Positions 40,000 through 50,584 are shown, counted from the first letter of the stretch. The stretch: 64,000 nt of DNA from Gammaproteobacteria bacterium (GCA_963662545.2 CAXXLL010000002.1:2048001-2112000), one strand, 5' to 3'. A program made the numbers and translations. The notes: generated by a model not told the origin, from the letters alone.

Positions 40000-40791
40000 A
40001 TGAGTTATGAAACCTTGACATTCGAACGCGATGGCAGCGTTGCGATAATCACCCTCAACCGGCCGGACGCTGCTAACAGCCTGAACGTCCCGATGTCCGA
40101 GGAGCTCGTCAAGGTCGCCACGCACTGCGACTCGAACCCCGACATCCGCGCGGTCGTGCTGACTGCCAAGGGCAAGATGTTCTGCGCCGGCGGCGATCTA
40201 CGCAGCTTTGCCGCCCAGGGTGACGGCATGGCCGAGTACATGCGCTACGCGACAGCTGGACTGCACGCGGCAATATCGCGCTTCGCGCGCATGAACGCGC
40301 CCTATCTGGTGGCCGTGAACGGCATGGCCGCTGGCGCCGGATTCAGTATCGCGATCACGGGCGACCTGGTCTTTGCTGCCGAATCGGCAAAGTTCACCGA
40401 AGCGTACACCAAGGTCGGCGTCTCGCCAGACGGTAGCAGCACCTGGTTTCTACCGCGCCTGGTCGGCTCGATGAAGGCCAAGCGCCTGATCTTTCTGAAC
40501 GATGTACTGACGGCGGAGCAGGCACTCGAATGGGGGCTTGTTACCGAGGTCGTGCCGGACGATAAACTGATGGAACGTACGCTTGCATGCGCCCACCAAC
40601 TCGCGACCGGTCCAACCTTGGCCTACGGTGAGGCCAAGCGGCTCATTGCCGATACCTTTAGCACCACGCTTGAAACACAGATGGAACTCGAGACGCGCGC
40701 CATCTCGGGGCTCGCAGCCTATTCGGAGGACGCGAAAACCGGCATTCACGGTTTTGCCAATAAACAGAAATTCGAGTTCAAGGGGCGCTGA
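40000..40791 (+). CDS. Enoyl-CoA hydratase/isomerase (PaaG-like)
   Basis: FCAGGDL, AAGAGFSIA, VGVSPDGSSTWFLPRLVG. Confidence 0.88.
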   Translation: MSYETLTFERDGSVAIITLNRPDAANSLNVPMSEELVKVATHCDSNPDIRAVVLTAKGKMFCAGGDLRSFAAQGDGMAEYMRYATAGLHAAISRFARMNAPYLVAVNGMAAGAGFSIAITGDLVFAAESAKFTEAYTKVGVSPDGSSTWFLPRLVGSMKAKRLIFLNDVLTAEQALEWGLVTEVVPDDKLMERTLACAHQLATGPTLAYGEAKRLIADTFSTTLETQMELETRAISGLAAYSEDAKTGIHGFANKQKFEFKGR

Positions 40792-40797
40792 TCGCCG

Positions 40798-41805
40798 ATG
40801 AAAGCACTGGTTCTAAAGGAAGTCGGCGGTCCCGAAAAACTCGTCATCGAGGAGGTGGACCTGCCGCAGCCGGGCGCCGGCGAGGTCCGTGTTCGGATCA
40901 AAACGGCGGCGCTCAACCGTCGCGACGTCTGGATCACGGTCGGCGCCTACCCGCGCATTGAATTTCCTTCCATCGGCGGCTCGGACGGCGCGGGTATCGT
41001 CGAGGCGGTGGGCGCAGGCGTCGACGAAAACCTCATAGGGCGGAAAGTAGTTATCTATCCGGCACGCGATTGGGGCGACGACCCGCGCTGCGGAGGACCG
41101 AATTTCCGCGTGCTCGGCATGCCCGATCAGGGTACTTTTGCCGAAACGATCTGCGTTCCCGCCGATTCCATCCTCGAGAAGCCCGCGCACCTGGACTGGG
41201 CGCAGGCGGCAGCCATACCGCTCGCCGGCATGACGGCGTGGCGTGCATGCGTCACCCACGGCGAGGTCCAGGCCGGACAGAACGTGCTGATCACGGGAAT
41301 CGGCGGCGGCTGCGCGACCTTCGCCCTGATGTGGGCACTGGGGCACGGCGCCGAGGTGTTCGTCACCAGCAGCAGCGAGGACAAGCTCGCCGCGGCGCGC
41401 AAGCTCGGTGCGCGCGACGGCTTCGATTACCGCACGGACGGCTGGTCGGCCGATCTCAAACAGGCGAGCGGTGGCATCGACCTTGTGATCGACAGCGCTG
41501 GCGGCGATGGCCTGCACGATAGTCTCGACACCTTGCGCGCCGGCGGCCGTTATGTTTTCTTCGGCGCGACGCGGGGCAACGCCGAGCAGGGCGTTAACAT
41601 GGCCAAGCTCTTTTTTCGCCAGATCCGGATCCAGGGTACGACGATGGGCCGTCCGCAGGAATTTACGGACATGCTCGATTTTGTCAATCTGCACGGCATT
41701 GAACCGGTCCTCGACGAGGTCGTCCCGTTCGAACAGGCGGTCGCCGCCCACCAACGCATGCTGGACGCCGAACAAATGGGCAAGATAGTCCTCGAGATTG
41801 CATGA
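40798..41805 (+). CDS. Zinc-binding dehydrogenase/NADPH:quinone reductase (MDR family)
   Basis: AALNRRD, GSDGAG, ITGIGGG, GTTMG, GKIVL. Confidence 0.9.
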   Translation: MKALVLKEVGGPEKLVIEEVDLPQPGAGEVRVRIKTAALNRRDVWITVGAYPRIEFPSIGGSDGAGIVEAVGAGVDENLIGRKVVIYPARDWGDDPRCGGPNFRVLGMPDQGTFAETICVPADSILEKPAHLDWAQAAAIPLAGMTAWRACVTHGEVQAGQNVLITGIGGGCATFALMWALGHGAEVFVTSSSEDKLAAARKLGARDGFDYRTDGWSADLKQASGGIDLVIDSAGGDGLHDSLDTLRAGGRYVFFGATRGNAEQGVNMAKLFFRQIRIQGTTMGRPQEFTDMLDFVNLHGIEPVLDEVVPFEQAVAAHQRMLDAEQMGKIVLEIA

Positions 41806-41824
41806 GCGCTTGGCGGCCCTTTCA

Positions 41825-42412
41825 ATGAACGGCTTTATCAGACGGCTCGCACCGGCCGCGCTGATCATTGCGTGTACCACGGCCGCGGCAGAGGATTCCA
41901 CAGGCGGTGAACGCCTGTTGATCCCGGTACCGGACGGTTGGGAAAAGGTCTTCCACGAGCGTATAGAGAACGTAGCGCAGGCGGAATACGTGCCGGAAGG
42001 CCAGAGCCGTGAGACATCCGAGGAGATGATCACGGCCCAGATCCTATTCGGCCGCGCGCAGGTGTTACCGGACAAAGTATTGTTGAGCGTCGCTGACGGC
42101 GCGAGCAAGCGTTGTGAGCCGTTCGAAGTCCGGCCGCTCGAATTCGACAATAAGGCCGTCTACCCGACGCTCGGGATCGTCGTGCTGTGCGGTTCCAATA
42201 CGCGCACAGGGCAGGGTGAACTCATTTTTATCAGGGCGATCGGTGGCTCCCACAATTTCTACGTCGTGCAAAAGATCTGGCACACACCGCCGTTCGACAT
42301 AACCTCCGAGTTTCCGGTGCCGCTCGCGGATCGACAGACCTGGCTCGAATACCTCACATCGATTGACGTCTGCGATCTGGATCTGAAGAACTGTCCGGAA
42401 TCAGTAAAGTAG
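41825..42412 (+). CDS. Hypothetical exported protein
   Basis: Signal-like N-terminus, paired Cys, coding-like codon usage. Confidence 0.65.
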   Translation: MNGFIRRLAPAALIIACTTAAAEDSTGGERLLIPVPDGWEKVFHERIENVAQAEYVPEGQSRETSEEMITAQILFGRAQVLPDKVLLSVADGASKRCEPFEVRPLEFDNKAVYPTLGIVVLCGSNTRTGQGELIFIRAIGGSHNFYVVQKIWHTPPFDITSEFPVPLADRQTWLEYLTSIDVCDLDLKNCPESVK

Positions 42413-42666
42413 TAGACGTCACGCCTTAAGGGTGTGAGCGGCACAGGCGAGCCGCGCGAATAAAGACGATGGTGTGCACCGAGCGAGGGCTGATGGGGAA
42501 CACTCCCTTCAGATGAGGCCCTGCTAAGGCTGCTGCTTAAACTTGAACCAATGATGCGCCCGAAGAGCCGGATTCTCCTTTAGCTACGGCTAACAACCGT
42601 CTCAATTATTCTAACGACGGACAAGCTGCTCCGAAGACGCCTTTCTATGCAGTCCACCGGTAAGCT

Positions 42667-43638
42667 TTAACACGAGTTAAAGATCGCCTGGTAGGCGGAA
42701 ACCATTTTGTCCATTGTGTAGCTTTCCAGAATTTTCTGACGGTTATATTTACCCATCGCATTGCGTTTTTCCCGATCATCGGCAAGCTCGTTTAAATATT
42801 TCAAAGCCTCGCGATTATCACCCGATGTATATAGATATCCGCCCATACCGTGATCGACCAATTCCGGCATTGATGAAATATTGGTAGTGACGATGGGCAA
42901 TCCACATGACATTGCCTCCAACAAGACCAAACTTAAACCCTCTCGCCAGGAAGGGAAGAACATTATATCGGCCTGTTGATACAGTTTGTGCATCTCCTCA
43001 TAAGGTATCCGCGGAAGCCACTCAATCCTGGTGGCGTCCTTGCCGCTATGCTTTTCATCTCGTAGGCCTCCAGTAATAACGAGATGACAGTGGTCGGGCA
43101 ACTGCTCCGCCACCGCAATTAAGGCATCCTTTCCTTTCCTGGCCGAGGGATTACCTGAAAATAGTATTCTGATCTTGTCACTTTCTGGTTTATCAATTGC
43201 GGGCTGGAAAAGCTCTATATCGACGCCGTTCTCAATTACATCACAGTCCAATCCGATGTCCTCTTTCACTAACGCCGCAGTAGCGTGACTTACTGCTACA
43301 AGACGGCTGGCTTTCTTTACGGCACTCATCACCGAAGAACGAAGCGCTGTTCGATAGAAAAGTGATCGCAGAGGATCTACTCGCGACAAGTATGCCCGAT
43401 CCAAGTAATAGTTATGGAAGGTAAGCACAACCCGACTCGCTCCGGTCAAAACGGCACTCCCCATATCCGGAGCGGTATGAATCAAATCACAGTCTTTTGA
43501 AAACCGCCCCAGTGCCGGAGTAATCAAAGCCCACTTTGGATCGATACCTCGAATCGTGTAGTTTTGCACCTTATTCGCAAGATTATTATGCAGTACAAAT
43601 GCGCCGCTACCGGTCACGATAGGAGAATAAATCTCCAT
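42667..43638 (-). CDS. Glycosyltransferase family 4
   Basis: VIENGVD, RKG, EGLSLVLLEAMSCGLP (EX7E). Confidence 0.92.
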   Translation of the reverse strand: MEIYSPIVTGSGAFVLHNNLANKVQNYTIRGIDPKWALITPALGRFSKDCDLIHTAPDMGSAVLTGASRVVLTFHNYYLDRAYLSRVDPLRSLFYRTALRSSVMSAVKKASRLVAVSHATAALVKEDIGLDCDVIENGVDIELFQPAIDKPESDKIRILFSGNPSARKGKDALIAVAEQLPDHCHLVITGGLRDEKHSGKDATRIEWLPRIPYEEMHKLYQQADIMFFPSWREGLSLVLLEAMSCGLPIVTTNISSMPELVDHGMGGYLYTSGDNREALKYLNELADDREKRNAMGKYNRQKILESYTMDKMVSAYQAIFNSC

Positions 43639-43828
43639 CCCTATAGATCTCCCACAAAACGCTGCCAATCGGAATAAGGCTGAGCGCCTATCATGCGCAA
43701 TAGAATTTTTTGAGCGCGACCTCCCTGTGTCAAGATGGATGGCCGCGTTATATCTCTCGACGATACGAAGATCAATGGTGATATCCGCAGATGCGATTGA
43801 ATACTAATGTTGTTCCTTAACCTGAGCA

Positions 43829-44554
43829 CTACTTCGTTAAAACCATAAGCGAATAGCCCCCTAACAATCTTACGGTAATATCTTTATTCAGAAGATAACA
43901 AAACTTAATGGGGTACCTCACCAATTTGGTTTTCCAATTCTGCAAGGGTATGTCTAAAGAGTTTGTATAACGATAATCTATAATGCTGTAGCCGCAATCC
44001 TTGAGGAGTTCTAACGCTAATTCCTTAGTAAAATAATGAATATGACCCAACTTTTTCCGGCTACGAAGTAGCGGGTAGGAGCGCAAAACCTTCTGAACCG
44101 ATAGATCTAAGGGTATATGAAAGAGTTTATACTCACCTTTATCCTTTAGCTTCCTGAGAAAACTAAAACAGTCTTCTACATGTTCGAAGACATCAATCGA
44201 CAAGACCAAATCAAACTTGTTCACATCTTCGTTAAGAAGATCCGCGTTATAAAAGGTTAAATTCTCTCGTTCCTTTTTCTGGGCGCATAACTCGTATGCC
44301 TGAGGAGAGATTTCATAGCCATAAAACTCCTTGCCTGAGGAGAGATTTCATAGCCATAAAACTCCTTATCAGTAAGTGCCGGATAACTCATAGAGTATGC
44401 CGCCCGCACCACAGCCGATTTCACATATTGTGTTTAAGCGCAAAGAACTATTTTCCAAGATGTCCCTTATTTTTTCTGCTTTCCACGGAGAGTCTTCGCC
44501 ATGCCAAGACGGGTTATTTTTCAGATAAGCTCCACTCGTATATATATCGTTCAC
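43829..44554 (-). pseudogene. Class I SAM methyltransferase interrupted by a 35-bp duplication and in-frame stops
   Basis: N-part NNPSWH.EDSPWK..EIGCGAG and C-part IDVFEHVED..GHIHYF lie in the same frame, separated by TGA-TAA and TGA in and beside the repeat. Confidence 0.8.
44297..44366. repeat. Exact 35-bp tandem duplication
   Basis: TGCCTGAGGAGAGATTTCATAGCCATAAAACTCCT at 44297-44331 and 44332-44366. Confidence 0.95.
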
Positions 44555-44668
44555 TGTGCACACTGCCTCTACTGAAGAGGAAAAATATTTATGGATAATA
44601 GATCTCAAGAAACAAGCGATAATTTACGCGGCACCGTCGTCCCCAAAACGATCGGTTGTTCTTAGGAC

Positions 44669-45568
44669 CTAATGAATAGTCGTTGGACGGACGATAATGA
44701 CCGAGAATAATTTTTTCAGGGCGCGATAGGTCTGTAGCATTACGACCTTTCGAAAGACAATTACGAGATAGACGGTTACCGCCAATGATTTTCGGCGAAT
44801 ACTCGAACATTGAGAATACGTGTTGTTTTCGCGAGCAATATCGCTAAATGCCTCTGCCGCAGCAGCTAAATAAGGAAGGTATAAGAATATTTTCCGCAGT
44901 TTAAATTTTCGCGCGTAGTCTCGCAATTCACTCGATTCGCCTTTAGCTTCGCGATGGATATAAGTCTCGTTTAGCGTGGCTATTTTCCCTCGGTACGCAA
45001 TCGTTGCCAAGAACTGCCAATCTGCGCTAATTTGACGATCGGACATCTCCACCGCAGTAACCACTTCGGCGCGATAGAGCCCATAAAAAACACTATTGTC
45101 GGCAACCGTGGCGTAATAATTCAGTACACGATACAAAGGTGACGCATTCCGTACGTTAATTGCCCGTGTAATACCGATTGCAACCCCCTGATCGTAAATC
45201 TTGCATCTCCCCGCAACCATGACAAGGGCCGGGTCGGAGGCCAGCCTCGATACACTCTCACTAACCAAATTTCTATCCAGCCAGTCGTCGTCCGCAAGCC
45301 ACATTCGATATGTTCCCGTAGCTCGTCTGATACAGTCATGCAGATTTGATACTAAACCGACATTGTAATTTTGACGTATGTAATGAACACGAGAGTCTGA
45401 TTGCAAATACTCGTGAGCGAGTCGTTCAGTCTCGTCTGTTGATGCGTTATCCGAAATCATTATTTCAAGATTTTTATAATCTTGACGAATTGCGCTTTCG
45501 ATCGCACGACCAAGTGAATGAGCACGGTTGTAGGTCGGGATGCAAATACTGACAAGTGGATGGGTCAA
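44669..45568 (-). CDS. Glycosyltransferase family 2
   Basis: VSICIPTYNR, ISDNASTD, WLADDD. Confidence 0.92.
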   Translation of the reverse strand: MTHPLVSICIPTYNRAHSLGRAIESAIRQDYKNLEIMISDNASTDETERLAHEYLQSDSRVHYIRQNYNVGLVSNLHDCIRRATGTYRMWLADDDWLDRNLVSESVSRLASDPALVMVAGRCKIYDQGVAIGITRAINVRNASPLYRVLNYYATVADNSVFYGLYRAEVVTAVEMSDRQISADWQFLATIAYRGKIATLNETYIHREAKGESSELRDYARKFKLRKIFLYLPYLAAAAEAFSDIARENNTYSQCSSIRRKSLAVTVYLVIVFRKVVMLQTYRALKKLFSVIIVRPTTIH

Positions 45569-45795
45569 CTTTACTACTCTTAACCGTAACTGATTTCCGA
45601 TTCCCGTTTTTAAAGCAGCGCTCTAAATACGAAGCAACTATCCGATGACTCTTGCCGGTATCACAAAATCGTTTACATATGAATTCATTTGCTTAATGGA
45701 AATGAATGCAATTCCAATTCCTTCCTTATGCAACCCTTTCATAAGTATTTGAGGCTCGCAGCCTACGCAAGCGACAAACAGAAGAGTTGCTCTTA

Positions 45796-47304
45796 TTAGA
45801 AGCGATGCCGCGCCGTTAACTCCACCAATTTACTACGTCCAAGTGGCGTAGAAATGATACTCGTCCCGATTGCGAGGATTGATGCGCCGATTAATACAAG
45901 AATATTTCGACCATTATTAGCAAATTCCGGCAGCCCCACCCACCAACGAAATCCGGTGCAAATGCATAGTACTAACGCGAGTGGGATTATCACAGCGTGG
46001 AGAAACCATCGGGCCTGTTCACCGACCAGATACTTTCTATGCATTAGCGAAACACCAACTAATATATAAATGGAATTTAACAAAATCCAGATGTAAGCCG
46101 CGCCGACCATCCCATATATGGAGATACACCAGTACATCAGCGGCACTAGTGTTAATACGGCAACCGAATTTAAAGTCACCATTAAACGAGTATATCCGTA
46201 CGCGAGTTGCAACGCGGAAGGCAAACTCACTATTCCGTTTAGTACTGTACCGAACGCGAAGATCGTCAAGATGTTTGCACTCGAAATTGCGATTACTTCG
46301 TTTTGCGTCCAAAGCATTAAGAGCTCAATCGAAAAGACGGATATAACGACGCCAGCGGGTACCAATACATTCGCCAGAACCTGAGCCAATTTGTGATAAC
46401 TTTGTCTCAGTAGCAATATTTCGTTTTTTGCTATGAGTTCTGTCATACGAGGATATGCGCCATTTACGATTGGACTCGTAAGAGAAGTCAACGCGCTGCA
46501 AACCGATGTTGCGAGGGTGTAATACCCCAAAAAGCGCAACGGTAACATCAGCGCGATCAATATCTTGTCCGCTTGCGTCAGTATCGTCGCTAGCGCATTG
46601 ATGCAGAACACACCAAACGCGAAATTCCACACGCCCTTCAAAACATCAAAATCAAATGCGATTCTTTGGTCCGGTCGCGGAATTAGCTTATAGGTTTTTC
46701 TGGCGATGACCGCGAATTCTACAACCGCCGTTAAGGCCTGAAAAAAGAAAAACGCTTCTGGCGTCGATGACACCAAAACAATAACCGGAATAACGCCAAG
46801 GCCACGCACGGTGGCGAAAAACGCTATTGTCTTATTCAACCAAACCTGTTCTTGCAACCCCATAATCGCGCCTTTGTATAAGGTCATGAACCAACGGGTG
46901 GCGATTATGACCCCTATAATCTCGATCGTTCTTTCGACCGATAACGCGGACAAATCCTCCACGCTTAGCCAAGATTCGCTCAGAGGTTTTGCAAGTAGGA
47001 AGGATGCGAGGATGACAGCGATTAAGACAACGATGTAAAGGCACTCAAGCGTGCGCAATAAACGACGAGCCGCGACGTAATCATGTTCGCCTGCTTTATA
47101 GCGGGCCATTTCTCGATTCAACGTGGGTGTCATACCAAGATCTAACAACGCAATCCAAGCTTGCATTGCGAGGTAGACGCCAATTAGTCCATACGCTTCA
47201 ACACCTAGATAATTGATATAGACGGGTACAAACGCGATACCCATCAATATAGTCCACGTTCCTCCAATATAATTGGCTATGACATTTTGTTTAAGGGTCG
47301 GCAT
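45796..47304 (-). CDS. wzx: Oligosaccharide flippase
   Basis: About 12-14 TM segments, YLGVEAYG, LLDLG, QADK, LGYYTLA. Confidence 0.88.
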   Translation of the reverse strand: MPTLKQNVIANYIGGTWTILMGIAFVPVYINYLGVEAYGLIGVYLAMQAWIALLDLGMTPTLNREMARYKAGEHDYVAARRLLRTLECLYIVVLIAVILASFLLAKPLSESWLSVEDLSALSVERTIEIIGVIIATRWFMTLYKGAIMGLQEQVWLNKTIAFFATVRGLGVIPVIVLVSSTPEAFFFFQALTAVVEFAVIARKTYKLIPRPDQRIAFDFDVLKGVWNFAFGVFCINALATILTQADKILIALMLPLRFLGYYTLATSVCSALTSLTSPIVNGAYPRMTELIAKNEILLLRQSYHKLAQVLANVLVPAGVVISVFSIELLMLWTQNEVIAISSANILTIFAFGTVLNGIVSLPSALQLAYGYTRLMVTLNSVAVLTLVPLMYWCISIYGMVGAAYIWILLNSIYILVGVSLMHRKYLVGEQARWFLHAVIIPLALVLCICTGFRWWVGLPEFANNGRNILVLIGASILAIGTSIISTPLGRSKLVELTARHRF

Positions 47305-47747
47305 TAAACTCGCAAATTCAATTTAGATATTCCGGCGGAGCTGCCGAAACTAAAAGTCTATCGTCGATCGCATTATCATTATTCCGTTTGAGGACATTGC
47401 CGTCAGCCGGCGCTGTGTTGCCAATATCGAGGCGCTCTCGATACTCGAGCATCGCGGTCTTTGCGCTATTACGCGGCCAGAAGCTTACCGTGACGGCCCT
47501 CACCCATCATCAATGCGATGCCATTGCTCGTCAACTTAACAAACGACCAAGAGAGATACTTGGGATCAATACTCCGCAGGGATGTTATGCCTTACGATAA
47601 CTACCGATGTTGCATTTCACTTGGAACTCTAAGGGGGAGGGAGGAAAGGTCGTTTATGGACAAACACTCGCTAAGGTCTTCAACGGCGTTTAGTTACCTG
47701 ATTATGGCGTCCTACATTAAACCTACGGTCGCGGATTGACAGCAATC

Positions 47748-48380
47748 ATGCACCCGTTATTGCCCGGTGATATTGACACCTATATCCGAGATACTGTTCG
47801 CTTTTACCAGGAGAACGCCGAGGAGTACTGGGAGGGAACGCGACACCACGACGTAAGTCAGAACCGAGATGCTCTTATTCGCCACATCGAGAGCGAGCCA
47901 CCGTTTCGGATCCTCGACCTTGGCTGTGGGCCGGGGCGCGACCTACGGGCTTTTTATGAGATGGGACATGAGCCCACCGGGCTGGACGCGGCGGCTAAGA
48001 TATGTGAGATGGCGCGCGTATGGTCGGGCTGTGAGGTATGGCAGCAGAACTTTCTTGATCTTGACCTCCCTGACGGCGCTTTCGACGGTATCTTTGCGAA
48101 TGCCTCGCTCTTCCATGTTCCCTCACGAGACATTGAGCGTGTCCTTGCCGATCTGATGCGTACGCTCAAGCCGGCGGGCGTGCTGCTGGCCTCCAACCCG
48201 CGCGGACAAAACCAGGAGGCATGGCAGGGCGACCGTTTCGGCGCGTTCTACGACCTGGACCGTTGGAGCAAGTGGGTAACCGCCGCCGGCTTCGAAACAC
48301 TTGAGCACTACTACCGTCCTCCCGGGCGCCCGCGACACCAGCAACCCTGGCTCGTCACGATTTGGCGCAAACACTTCTGA
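47748..48380 (+). CDS. Class I SAM-dependent methyltransferase
   Basis: ILDLGCGPGRD, FDGIFANASLFHVP, HYYRP. Confidence 0.9.
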   Translation: MHPLLPGDIDTYIRDTVRFYQENAEEYWEGTRHHDVSQNRDALIRHIESEPPFRILDLGCGPGRDLRAFYEMGHEPTGLDAAAKICEMARVWSGCEVWQQNFLDLDLPDGAFDGIFANASLFHVPSRDIERVLADLMRTLKPAGVLLASNPRGQNQEAWQGDRFGAFYDLDRWSKWVTAAGFETLEHYYRPPGRPRHQQPWLVTIWRKHF

Positions 48381-48401
48381 ACCAGATAGGTGTGGCTTCA
48401 A

Positions 48402-49529
48402 TCACCGTATCTTGATCAGACCTTTGACTAGGATGTGCAGCGCCTTTGCATTGAAAGCCGGCAGGAAGTGATCGATGTAGGGCATGGCCGCCCGCATCCC
48501 CGCGGCGCGTACCGTAAACGTCGTCGCGCCGTACATCGGATTGATCCAGACGAGCGTGCGTATGCGCCTGCGGGCCGACTCGAGTTCGCGCTCGATGCGT
48601 TGGGTCTCACCATTGTCGTAGCCGTCACTAATTACGATCAGCACGGTCGAGCGCGACGTGCCTTCGCGCAAGACGGTGCGGTTGAGTTCGCCGAGCGCCG
48701 CCCCGATATCCGTCCCGCCCGACCAGTGACGTACCGTACGCGAGATTTCCTCGAGGGTTTCTTCAATGTTGCGCCGGCGGAGCATCGCGCTGATTTCACT
48801 GACCCGCGTACTGAATACGAAGGTGCGCGAGTTTCTCAAAGTCTGCTGCAGTCCGAACATGAGTTGCAGCAGAAAGGGATTGAACACGTCCATCGAACCG
48901 CTGACGTCACAGAGCATGACGATGCGCGTCTTGCGGACCTTGCTGACGACGCGCGACAGCTCTACCAGTTCGAGCCCGTGGCGGATATTGCGTCGCACGG
49001 AGCGCCTCAAGTCGATGCGGCGCCCGTGACTGGCGGGATGCGTGCGGCGCGAAGGACGCGTGGCGAGGCGCCGGGCGAGTTCGCGGATGACCTTTTCCAG
49101 CGGCGGCGCGTCGCTGTCCCAGCGCATGAGCAGATTGGAACTGCGAGTGACTTCTTCGCCGGCGAAGGAGGCGGCCTCGGTCAGCATGTCGCGGTGGCCT
49201 TCGCGGCTGCGGCCCGCATCGAGTGATCCCCGGATCATTTCGGATCTCGCGAGGATGGTATCACCGCTTTCCGGCTCCGCCGGCTCGCCCCAGTAGGTGT
49301 CGAAGACGCGATCGAAGAGGATCTCATCCGCGCGGCCGGAGGCAAGATTAGTACGCAAGACCAGGCGGTAATCGCCAGCGTCGTGCCAATCGATCGATTT
49401 CAGCGCACGGAAGATATCGATCTCGCGCGCAGGGGTCACGGCCAGGCCCGCCGCGCGCGCCGTCTGGCAGAGTGCCAAGGTGTGGCGGACCAGGGATTCG
49501 GCGCTGGTGACGGGAGACGGCGACGCCAT
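48402..49529 (-). CDS. CoxE-like VWA domain protein
   Basis: IDLRRSVR, MIDAS DVSGSM, WSGGTDIG, ISDG, WINP. Confidence 0.9.
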   Translation of the reverse strand: MASPSPVTSAESLVRHTLALCQTARAAGLAVTPAREIDIFRALKSIDWHDAGDYRLVLRTNLASGRADEILFDRVFDTYWGEPAEPESGDTILARSEMIRGSLDAGRSREGHRDMLTEAASFAGEEVTRSSNLLMRWDSDAPPLEKVIRELARRLATRPSRRTHPASHGRRIDLRRSVRRNIRHGLELVELSRVVSKVRKTRIVMLCDVSGSMDVFNPFLLQLMFGLQQTLRNSRTFVFSTRVSEISAMLRRRNIEETLEEISRTVRHWSGGTDIGAALGELNRTVLREGTSRSTVLIVISDGYDNGETQRIERELESARRRIRTLVWINPMYGATTFTVRAAGMRAAMPYIDHFLPAFNAKALHILVKGLIKIR

Positions 49530-49539
49530 GGGACGCCGT

Positions 49540-50463
49540 TCAGTCCTGCATTTCGACCGTGCGCCCTGCGATCAAGGCGTCGAGATCGAGCTTATCGAGC
49601 TTGAGGACGTCGTCGTGATACTTGAGCACGACGCCCGCAGTCTCGCGCACGACCTCGGGCACGATTTCAGTGATATCGAGGCCGAGCAGGGCGCGAGCCC
49701 AATCGAGAGATTCGGCGACGCCCGGTCGCTTGTAAAAATCGACCGCTCGTAATCCGCCCATCACCGTGGCCACGGCGCGCGCGAGTTCCGCCTCGATTCC
49801 CGGCACGCGACGTAAGATGATCTCGCGCTCCTTCTCAGGCGTCGGATAGTCGATCCAGAGGTAAAGGCAACGCCGCTTGAGCGCGTCGTTCAATTCACGG
49901 GTGCGATTGGAAGTCAAAACGACGCAGGGCGGCTGCTCGGCGGTGAAGGTCCCGAGTTCCGGTATGGTGACCTGGAAATCAGACAGGATCTCGAGCAGAA
50001 AGGCCTCGAATTCCTCGTCCGCTCGATCGATTTCGTCGATCAACAGCACTGCGGGCCGCGGACCCGGGTGGCGGATCGCTTGCAGCAGCGGCCGGTCGAA
50101 CAGGAAGGCTTCGCCGAAGATGGAATCCTCCAGGCCTTCGCGGCGTGAGGCATCCGCCTCGGCCAGCCTGATCTGCAGGATCTGGCGCGCATAATTCCAC
50201 TCGTAGAGCGTGGAGCTGGCATCCAGGCCTTCGTAGCATTGCAGCCGGATCAGGGGCGTATCGAGAACCTTGGCGAGCACCTTGGCGACCTCGGTCTTGC
50301 CGACGCCCGCTTCGCCTTCGAGCAAGACCGGCTTTTGCAGGTCGAAAGCGAGCTTGGTCGTCAGGCACAGCGGCCGATCGGCAACGTAGTCAGCACCGTC
50401 GAAAAGCCGTTCGACGTCCTCGACCTGCGAGAAGGGGTGCTGCCAGCCGATGCTATCGCTCAT
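49540..50463 (-). CDS. MoxR family AAA+ ATPase (CoxD-like)
   Basis: GEAGVGKT Walker A, RLQCYEG, LLIDEIDR Walker B, DALKRRC. Confidence 0.92.
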   Translation of the reverse strand: MSDSIGWQHPFSQVEDVERLFDGADYVADRPLCLTTKLAFDLQKPVLLEGEAGVGKTEVAKVLAKVLDTPLIRLQCYEGLDASSTLYEWNYARQILQIRLAEADASRREGLEDSIFGEAFLFDRPLLQAIRHPGPRPAVLLIDEIDRADEEFEAFLLEILSDFQVTIPELGTFTAEQPPCVVLTSNRTRELNDALKRRCLYLWIDYPTPEKEREIILRRVPGIEAELARAVATVMGGLRAVDFYKRPGVAESLDWARALLGLDITEIVPEVVRETAGVVLKYHDDVLKLDKLDLDALIAGRTVEMQD

Positions 50464-50584
50464 TTTTTCCGATGACCTTGTCGAATAGAATGCGCGTCGC
50501 ACCGGCGATGTGCCGGCTGCCGATCGGCGCGCCGGTATTCTACCGAAACGCGCCCGGCCCACCGTACTGGAACCCCGCAAATCC

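Larger units (their letters stand above)
42430..47700 (-). other. AT-richer surface-polysaccharide islet (wzx, GT2, methyltransferase, GT4)
   Basis: Abrupt compositional shift relative to both flanks; four co-oriented glycan genes; boundaries approximate. Confidence 0.65.

Noticed and set aside
40813-42150. Long antisense ORFs (for example 40813..42150, 37209..38396, 53243..54319, 20814..21812)
   Set aside because: Shadow frames of well-supported high-GC genes on the opposite strand, with no motifs
47318-47739. Short ORFs at the right edge of the glycan islet
   Set aside because: No motifs or RBS support; probably decayed or non-coding sequence
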